Origin: an uncultured Alphaproteobacteria bacterium
Lineage (GTDB): Bacteria > Pseudomonadota > Alphaproteobacteria > Rhizobiales > Rhizobiaceae
DNA length: 64,000 nt
Reading direction: 5' to 3'
Assembly: GCA_963758355.1 (NCBI GenBank)
Contig: CAVWVG010000004.1
Location: forward strand, 574,013 to 638,012
In this document: positions 49,425 to 57,400 of the stretch, piece by piece
How the letters are laid out: every line of letters begins with the position of its first letter
How positions within the stretch are numbered: the first letter of the stretch is position 1
Program-made: the position numbers and the translations under genes
The notes under the pieces: generated by a model
Told to the model about the DNA's origin: nothing
What the model saw: only the letters and a program-made list of their open reading frames with translations
The model's database searches: none

Positions 49425-49453
49425 GGGGGCGGAGTGTTGGTTGTTCCGCCCCC
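49425..49453 (-). terminator. Strong hairpin after the second peptide gene (terminator or attenuator)
   Basis: GGGGGCGGA-N11-TCCGCCCCC, a perfect 9-bp GC stem. On the coding (minus) strand it is followed by ACCTCTCAGTTGTTTGGTTTG (moderately U-rich). Confidence 0.55.
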
Positions 49454-49490
49454 TGTTGTCCGGTCAACGGCTGGTTAGGCCGTCAGTTCT

Positions 49491-49637
49491 TCAGCAAGCG
49501 GCGAGACAGATCGACCGGGCCGGTTCGGGGAGCCGGTTGCAAAGTATCTCGCAGAGTCCCGAAGGGGTAACCCCGCCGGAGATCTTAGTTGGCGTCGCCG
49601 TCCGCTGAACGGCGCTGGCCTGAGTTGGCATTTTCAT
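49491..49637 (-). CDS. Cys-rich precursor-like peptide B (48 aa)
   Basis: MKMPTQASAVQRTATPTKISGGVTPSGLCEILCNRLPEPARSICLAAC. GAGAGGA SD 7 nt before ATG 49637. Its leader is paralogous to that of peptide A. Confidence 0.6.
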   Translation of the reverse strand: MKMPTQASAVQRTATPTKISGGVTPSGLCEILCNRLPEPARSICLAAC

Positions 49638-49730
49638 CTTGGAGTCCTCTCTGATCTGCTGGCCCGGGACGCACAGCAATGAAGTGTCTGCACCTACGTC
49701 CGCCCCCGCAGCGGTGTGCAGCCCGTTGTT

Positions 49731-49946
49731 TCAGAAGCAATCGATGCAGCCGGACGCGCCAATTCCTGCGAGGCACTCAACGCAGGCTGTCCCCAAGGAT
49801 CCGACGCAGACGGCGCCGCAGGCTATGATCGCGGTTCCGCACGCGATCTTCTTCAAGACATTGCAGCCTGATGGCTCTATTGAGTCTTCGTCCGGAGCCT
49901 GACTTGCATTTCGGAGTACGGGCAGAGCTTGAACGGGCATCATCAT
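49731..49946 (-). CDS. Cys-rich precursor-like peptide A (71 aa)
   Basis: Verified codon by codon: MMMPVQALPVLRNASQAPDEDSIEPSGCNVLKKIACGTAIIACGAVCVGSLGTACVECLAGIGASGCIDCF. AAGGAGAG SD. Starts 79 bp after the protease gene. Confidence 0.65.
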   Translation of the reverse strand: MMMPVQALPVLRNASQAPDEDSIEPSGCNVLKKIACGTAIIACGAVCVGSLGTACVECLAGIGASGCIDCF

Positions 49947-50024
49947 TACAGTCTCTCCTTGTTGAAGCTGGATCGGAATGCGGCCAGCAGTTGGTGATCA
50001 TCAGAAATCGAAGCGAATTCGGGC

Positions 50025-51937
50025 TTACACGCGCTTGGTCCAGCTCCGGACCGTTCCAACGGTGACCGGAATTACCTCGCTAACATCGATGGTGAACCGA
50101 AACACACGGTTCGCCATGTTCATGTTGTTCGGTTGGAAGAACGACAATTCGACGTCATAGCATTCGGAGTTGATCCTGCAGATCGGACTCTTCTTGACCT
50201 CGATGGTGTCGAGCTCGAGCTGATGCTGCGTGGAGACCCGCACGACGTCGACAATCTGAACCGCGTTCGTGGCAGAGTAATTCAGCGCGCGATCCTCGCC
50301 GGTGATCCCGAGATTGCGCAGATCGTAATAAATTCGATTGAGGAAGTTACCGAGCCCGCCGGCGAGCGCGTCGAAGCTCTTTTGAGCCTCGGCTGCCTTC
50401 GGACGCGGACCGAGCACATGGCTGACAAGAGCCGGCGTCGCCCAGCTGAACATGCCGCGCATAGAAGGCACGATCACCGGGACCACCTGGCCCGACTGTA
50501 GTCGCACGCTGCCGCCGATCACACCCGGAACCGAGATCAACTCCACACCGTCGGTCAATTGCCCTTTCAACAGGCTCACTATCCGCCCATAGCCCGCAGA
50601 TGCGAATGGTCCGACAGGCTGAATGGCGTAGATCGGGGTGACATCGACATTCAGCGTCCAGATCACGGACCCTGCTTCAGATGGATTTGCATCCAAATAG
50701 GAAAGCAGCTGCTCAGGAATTGGGGATTGTTGATCCCGACCGGCATGGCCTGGGTGAACGAGTTGCGACGCGCTTCAGATCCGAAGTCGTACCCAAGTTT
50801 CCCGAGCGCGTAGACGAACGGCAGTTTCTGCGCAACCTTCTCGCCCCCGCACCCGCAGCCGGATTTCTTTTCGCCACCTCCGCAACCACAACCGCCATCG
50901 GACGGAGTGAGGTCGGACATCGCGATGCCGGATATCTCCGCGGGACCGCTCGGCATCGGACTTCCGGTGCCGCCGTCTCCTTTGATTTCAGATGCGGTAA
51001 AACCGGCTTCGCTCATTGAATGATTTTCAACTTCGCTCATGCTCATAACTCCCTTCTGGATGTGATCAATGGCACCCTGGACGTTGATTCGGCCTGCGAG
51101 TATTCTCGAGCACTCCTCAACGCCAGACGGAATGCAGGGAATTGCGGAATGCAGCAGCGCTTCGCCGACCGCGCGCGGATCCGGCGACCGTCCAACCTTG
51201 ATCTGACTGCTTAGTAGAAGTGCGGCGAGCCCGGACACCAGCGGGGTCGCAAAGCTCGTTCCGCTCTTTCGCGCCATGCCGCCTTGCAAGGCAGCGCCCA
51301 GTATGTCGGATCCTGGCGCGAGGATGCCCTGATTGCGATACGTCGAGCCGTAGTTGCTGGACGGCAGCGGTTGACACTTGTCGTCCATGGCGCCGACGGC
51401 CAGCACAGAAGCGACGGCTGCGGGAATGTGCAGACACTCGCAGCCGTCGTTGCCGGCGGCCGCGACGATCAGGACATTCTGCCTAATGCAGCTATCGATC
51501 GCCTGTGCCAGTATCGGATGCGGTTCCCCGGACTTTGCTAGCTGGCCGCCGCTGATATTTATGACGTGTGCGCCGTTCTCGACCGCGAGCAGAATGGCGC
51601 GCGCCAAGTCGAGTTGCGAACATTTCAGGCTGTCGTCGCCGAAAACCGGGACGATCAAACCACCACAGAATGGCGCAATGCCCTCTATCGAACTGCCTAG
51701 CTGCCCAAAAATCAGGCTGGCAACGTGGGTCCCGTGCTCCGTGGCGCCGCCGTCGGCCGAAGTTACGCTGGCAACCGTTTTCAACGGCGTCAAACGAGCG
51801 CCGCGAAAGCAATCATGCGTGAGGTCCACGGGACCATCGAGCACGGCAATCGTAACGTTCGGATCGCCGCCTCCGAGCGCAATCAGAACATCCTGACGAA
51901 ATACTGCAGCCGTTCTGCCAACCATTACACTCTCCAT
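50025..51937 (-). pseudogene. PatA/PatG-family (cyanobactin-type) S8 subtilase with C-terminal PatA/G DUF. One -1 frameshift as assembled; may be intact in reality
   Basis: Catalytic triad contexts VLDGPVDLTHDCF / EHGTHVASLIFGQ / SGTSFATPLVSGLAALLLS. Linker contains GGCGCGGGEKKSGCGCGG. DUF signature is FVYALGKLGYDFGSEARRNSF ... (frame change at the GGGG run 50722-50725) ... QLLSYLDANPSEAGSVIWTLNVDVTPIYAIQP. Likely start at M5 (51925), behind GGAGAG. Confidence 0.8.
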
Positions 51938-51970
51938 CGCCGCACGCAGAGCAACGCGCCAGCCATGCCT

Positions 51971-52234
51971 TCATCTGCTTTTGCAAACTATCCAGCAAAC
52001 CGCTTCGCACTGGGGCCCAGCGCCTCTGCGCCGGCATTCTCGGATACAGCGAGAGCAGGACGAGACGGATGCCGGCCTCTCGGCTCGCATTGGCGTCATG
52101 CGCGCCGCCGGCTTGATGATCGGCTGGAGGTCGGCTGCCATCGCAGATAACGGCAGCAGCACGCCAGCCCCGCTGACGCCGGTAGCCCACAACGCAAGCG
52201 CAATCATGAAAATCCGTTTTCGAAACACGAGCAT
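51971..52234 (-). CDS. Small secreted Cys-rich protein (87 aa precursor)
   Basis: Sec-type signal MLVFRKRIFMIALALWATGVSGAGVLLPLSAMA|ADL. The C-terminus SSCSRCIRECRRRGAGPQCEAVCWIVCKSR has six Cys. GAGG SD. Sits immediately upstream of the protease gene. Confidence 0.5.
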   Translation of the reverse strand: MLVFRKRIFMIALALWATGVSGAGVLLPLSAMAADLQPIIKPAARMTPMRAERPASVSSCSRCIRECRRRGAGPQCEAVCWIVCKSR

Positions 52235-52244
52235 GATCCTGCCT

Positions 52245-52478
52245 CTATTCCGCGCCGGATGTCCGGCCTATCTGTCGACCGCCAACGCTGCCCGGGAATC
52301 GGGAAACGAACGTTGCCTCGACGCCCCCGGCGACGACATCCTGACGTTCTGATAGCGCTTGCTGTCGGTCTGTTGGTGCGGCTGGCCGGGCGCGAGATTG
52401 ACAACCTTTGCGCACGCCCGAGTGGGGGCCCGCGCTCATCGCGCAAACTGCCCATCCGAGCACAACAAGTCTGTTCAT
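52245..52478 (-). CDS. Small hypothetical protein with a signal-like N-terminus (77 aa)
   Basis: MNRLVVLGWAVCAMSAGPHSG...; AGGGA before the ATG; first ORF of the minus-strand cluster. No family recognised. Confidence 0.25.
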   Translation of the reverse strand: MNRLVVLGWAVCAMSAGPHSGVRKGCQSRARPAAPTDRQQALSERQDVVAGGVEATFVSRFPGSVGGRQIGRTSGAE

Positions 52479-52637
52479 GCGGTATCCCTAGTTGCGAGCG
52501 CCGATGAATTTCGGTTGGGCACACCATTCCGCGGCGACGTTCGCAATTTGCGAACAAAGGGTTCAGGTCATGAGAAAAAAACGTGATCGAGTTGTGAAAA
52601 CTGGTATGTTCGCTTTGGGCGGGAGGACGAAATAAGT

Positions 52638-54410
52638 GTGATGGCCGCGGTTAAGCAGTTCACGATGGGTCTATTCGGGCCCTTTCGACTTCTGAAACCC
52701 GGGGGTGAGCGCATAGAGATCCCCAGCAAAAAAGGAGTTGCGGTGGTTGCAATGCTCGCCATGGCAAAGGACGGCGAGCGCGCACGCGGTTGGCTGCAGG
52801 AAAAGCTATGGGGACAGCGGCAGCAAGCCGAAGCGCGCGGAAGCCTGCGTCGCGAACTTTCGAACCTTCGAAAACTGCTCAACCAAGACAGTGCAGCGCT
52901 TCTCGTTTGCGAACACGACCGCGTTCAGCTCGACCTCAAGCTGATCAACATCGATGCACGGAGCAGCCGCGATCACCCGCTGGCCTGCGAGTTTCTTGAA
53001 GGCTTGGACATTCCGGGCGAAGATGGATTCGAAGACTGGTTGCGAGACCAACGGGCTGCTCTGGCCCTGGAAGTGCGGCCTGCGGCGGTGATGCCAGGCA
53101 AGAAACCCGGTGATTCCAGAGAGATCGTTTCGTCGCTGCCAAGCCACATCGTCGATACAACAGAGCCGCCAGCCGGCTTTGACGGTAACCCGGCGCTCGC
53201 CGTCATGCCGTTCTCTAACGCGACTGGCGAAAGCGAACATAACTATCTCGCGGAAGGCATCAGCGAGGAAATTATCGATCGTCTGTCGCGGATCCGCTGG
53301 CTGCCTGTTATCGCGCGCAGCATGAGTTTCTCATTGTCCGATGTTTCCAACAGAAGAATCGTCAGCAAGAATTTGGGAGCGAAATATCTTCTCGAGGGCC
53401 GTCTGCGCCGCGAGCAAACAGGATATGGGATCGCCGCCAGCTTGATCGACGGGCCGAGCGGCCACACCCTGATGTCGCAGCGATTTGCCATAGACTCCCT
53501 GATTTCGCGGAATTCGTTTGAAGAATTCATGACCGAACTTGTCGCTCATCTCGAAGCACGGATCGATCACACCGAACAGGTCTGGACGCGCAGCAAGCGC
53601 CGGGACAGCCTCACCGTGAAGGACCTGATCTGGCGCGGCCGCTGGCACCTCAACAGACTGACCCGGGCCGACGCCAAGATAGCGCAGAAACTCTTTGCCG
53701 AAGCTCGCGCGCTCGATCCAGATTCGTCGGAGGCCCTCATCCAATCGACGTTTGCATTGGGCTGGGCAATCTGGGCCGGCCGCCAGCCGACCGAACGCAT
53801 AGCTGAAATGAAAAAGCTGGCCCAGGATGCGATCTACGCGGACCGGGACGACGGCCGCGGCTATATGCTGGCCGGTATCGCGGAGATGTGGCTGCGTCAT
53901 CCGATAGCCGCCAGAAGACTGTTGCAACAGGCGATCGAACTCAACCCGAGCCTTGCACTGGCAAGGGCGCATCTTGGTGGGAGCTGCAACCTTTCGGGCG
54001 AGCCAAGCGAGGCTATTTCGCATCTCAAGGCCGCACTGCGCCTCAGCTCAAATGACTCGCATACCTTTTATTCGCTTGCGGAACTGGCGCTTGCGTTCTG
54101 CATGCTCGGATTGTGGGATGAGGCGATCGAGCACGCCGATCACTCTCTCGCCCGCCGCCCGGCGTATTGGTACGCCCACGTCATCAAGATCAACGCCATG
54201 GCCAGGAAGGGCGAACTTTCCGCTGCGCGCCGTGCGCTGGACGAATTGCTGTCGGTGAAGCCGAATTTTTCACGGCGATACGTTGAATGGCTTCCGTTCG
54301 TGGACCGAACCTGGATCGGTCATTTCATGGCGGGCCTGAACATGGTCCCGGGCTACAGCATTGATCTTCCACCAGGAGACGATCAGGAGTTCCCCAGGGA
54401 GTTGAACTGA
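52638..54410 (+). CDS. SARP/BTAD-like winged-helix transcriptional regulator with a TolB-N-like middle and a TPR C-terminus
   Basis: LFGPFRLLKPGGERIEIPSKKGVAVVAMLAMA...RGWLQEKLWG...ARGSLRRELSNLRKLL (BTAD pattern). NPALAVMPFSNATGESEHNYLAEGISEEIIDRLSRI. TPR-like C-terminal repeats. Confidence 0.75.
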   Translation: MMAAVKQFTMGLFGPFRLLKPGGERIEIPSKKGVAVVAMLAMAKDGERARGWLQEKLWGQRQQAEARGSLRRELSNLRKLLNQDSAALLVCEHDRVQLDLKLINIDARSSRDHPLACEFLEGLDIPGEDGFEDWLRDQRAALALEVRPAAVMPGKKPGDSREIVSSLPSHIVDTTEPPAGFDGNPALAVMPFSNATGESEHNYLAEGISEEIIDRLSRIRWLPVIARSMSFSLSDVSNRRIVSKNLGAKYLLEGRLRREQTGYGIAASLIDGPSGHTLMSQRFAIDSLISRNSFEEFMTELVAHLEARIDHTEQVWTRSKRRDSLTVKDLIWRGRWHLNRLTRADAKIAQKLFAEARALDPDSSEALIQSTFALGWAIWAGRQPTERIAEMKKLAQDAIYADRDDGRGYMLAGIAEMWLRHPIAARRLLQQAIELNPSLALARAHLGGSCNLSGEPSEAISHLKAALRLSSNDSHTFYSLAELALAFCMLGLWDEAIEHADHSLARRPAYWYAHVIKINAMARKGELSAARRALDELLSVKPNFSRRYVEWLPFVDRTWIGHFMAGLNMVPGYSIDLPPGDDQEFPRELN

Positions 54411-54446
54411 CGTTCATTTCAATACGATTTTCTTGATGAGGCAGCC

Positions 54447-57400
54447 ATGTTGACGCTGAAATATTACGCCGCGATCAAAGGAGCTCAGCACAAGACAGAA
54501 GCCGACCCGCCCGACGCTATCCTGCCTTTCGACTTCGACAAACTCGGAGCAGATAGCTGGCGCCGACGCGCATTTATCTGGCTGACCGGCTGGCTGTTTC
54601 CTGTAGTGCTCGCGTTGTTTCGTGCGATCTGGCCCAATCCGAAATTCTGGCGTCTCATTATCGTGACGCGCGCCACCGACGTTCGCGACGTCCTGATGAG
54701 GACTGCCGACTTCGAGGTGCCCTATCGTCTCGAGATGACCGAACTCGCCGGAGGAGAAAAATTCGTTCTGGGCATGGAAGGCTCCGGTCACGACCAACAG
54801 AACCAACACATTCGAACCGTTATGCCGGCCAGCGACGCCCAGGTGGTCATCGACTTGAGTCATCGATTTGCGAACGCCCTGATCAGAACGTCAGGCGGCC
54901 GCATCGACGTGATGAAGGACTTCATCACTCGGATCGCCACCGAAACCTGTGCCGCCTATTTCGGACTACAGCTGGAAGATCCCGACGCTTTTGCAGAATG
55001 GACGATGTCGATCTCTGCTCTGCTGTTCGCCGATCCCTTCGGCGACGCCGCCACGCGGGAGTTGGCTCTGAATGGCGCGGCTCGTGTGCGCGCCGTCATA
55101 GACCATTCGATCGCGAATGCGGCAAGTCTGCCGCCAAACACCGTCCTTGGCCGGTTGATCGGTCTCAAGGCAACGGACCAGACTCTAACGGACAAGAAGA
55201 TCGGCGCCATCCTGGTCGGATTGGCAACCGGATTTATTCCGACGAATACGCTCGCCGCCGGAAAGATTTTGCAGGAACTGCTACGCCGTCCGAAACTCCT
55301 GCGCGATGCCATCGGCAAAGCACGTAACGCCAGCCGGATTGACGGCGAAAATCGAATGACTGGCAGAAACGAGAACCCTGACAAGCAGGCGCTTCAGGCA
55401 ATCCTTCTTGAGGCTGCGCGCGTTAACCCCGCTCTAGCCCCCGGACAATGGCGCTACGCCAGACAGGACGCTGTCATCGCGCCCGACACCTGGCGACAGC
55501 GAAAGGTACCGAAGGGCTCGGTGCTGATGGTCGCGACCATGTCGGCATTGCGGGAAAAGTCTAACGGCGCCAAACCCGATACGGACCTTATGTTCGGCGA
55601 CGGCATCCACGCATGTCTGGGCAAGTACATCGCGATGGCCCAGATCACCGAAGTGTTTACTATCCTGCTTTCACAAATCAATCTGCGCTTCAGCGAGGAT
55701 ACCTGGGGCAGCCGCATCAGATGGGTTGGCCCGTTCCCCCGCCGGCTCGACATGACGTTTGATCCGGCTGTCTCGCCCAGCACCCAAGCCATGATCACGA
55801 TCTGCGCCCCCCTTGTCGTCGGCGAGGGAGAGGACCCTGCCAAGAAGGCGCAGGACATTCAGAGGAAGATTGCGGAGCTGAAAAATCCGGCGAACGCCCA
55901 GATGCGGGAGACGTTCGACAAGACCGGCATCGTCCACTTCGCTTCGCTCTCGCTGGTCGAGGCAGGCGATGCCAAGAGCCCGGCGCCGCATCTGCTGTTT
56001 GAACTGAATGTCGATGGTTCCGGCGAAACGGCGTTTCAGCTAATCGCCAATGCAGATATCGAAGTGGCCGATGGCAAACTCCATTCGATATTCCGGAACA
56101 CGCTCAAGAGCAACGCAGGCCTTGCCGATATCCTCAGCAGCTACGTCCTCGAATTGAAAACCCGTCCGTGGGGCCCGATCGGCCTTAACTTTAACGGTAC
56201 GCCGGAGTTTTCCGTTCCCGACATTGCGATGCAGGAATTGCTGTCGAAATTCGCCAAGCAGACCCTTAATTTCTATATGAGTTTTCACTCCGGTTTCGGT
56301 AATCGCGCAATGGAGGCGCTGAAGTTCATCCGCATATTCTTACGCAATCCCTCCGCATACCAAGCCGTTCTAAAGGACCCCAGATACGATAGTGCGGAAT
56401 TGCGGGAGATGATCGATGTGGCACCAAAACTAGTGGATTACCTTATCGTTCCAAGCAGGCGGCAGCTCAAAATCTCTGCCTGGAAGGATTGCAGCCGTAA
56501 GGAGGCGATTTTCAAGTTCGTGCAGACTTGGAATTTCTGGTGCTTCGCCCTCCCTGTGATCATGGTCGCTTTTCTGTTTGGACTCGCGATCTTCTTCGCG
56601 ACGGCGACGTCAGCGATCATTTTGCTTGGCCTTGCGGGCCGAATCACGCTCGCCGTCATCGGCGGTCCCGCGATGGTGCTGATTTTGCTGGCACTTGTCG
56701 TCACTGTTTTCGTGGCCTTGCTTCGACACCACGAGATCCGCGACATTCCGGACGATCAGAATCCGAATCTCGAGCATGTCCGCGAGATCAGCGGCATCGA
56801 AAACGCGCCCGGGTTCGCGCAAAATCATTTTATGGCCGTTACAGAATTGAAGGGCGGATGGTTCAGGAAGGTGACGCTTGCGTTGTCCCTGTGGGGCATC
56901 AAGCAAATGGTGCTGTTTCTATTCCGCCCCGGCTTCGTCCTCAACATGGGGACCATTCATTACGCGAAATGGTTTCGAATACCGGGTCGCGACAAATTGA
57001 TCTTCCAGGCCAACTACGACGGTAGCTGGGAAAGCTACCTGGAGGATTTCATTATGAAGGCCCACCAGGGCCAGACCGCAGCCTGGGGCAACGGCGTCGG
57101 CTTTCCCCGCACCAGTTACCTGATTAATAACGGCGCCCAGGATGGCGACCGATTTAAGCGCTGGGTACGCCGCCAACAGGTCATCGCGCACTTCTGGTAC
57201 AGCCGCTTTCCCCACCTAACGGCTGATCAGATCCGCAACAACGCGCTGATCCATGACGGACTGGCGCGGGCGGCGACCGGCTCGGCCGCTCGCGCCTGGC
57301 TCGACTGCTTTAGCTCTATCCCTCGCCCGGACTACGCCATCGAGAGCGATGAGGTTCAGTCACTGGTGTTCCGGGGCCAGCGGTCACTGCCTTGCTCGAT

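Noticed and set aside
49560-49580. Double-glycine (ISGG) motif in peptide B as a C39-peptidase/ABC-exporter leader cleavage site
   Set aside because: No C39 peptidase-domain ABC transporter is present in the window. Peptide A lacks GG at the equivalent position. The motif conserved between the two peptides is the downstream xPSG next to a PatA-like protease.
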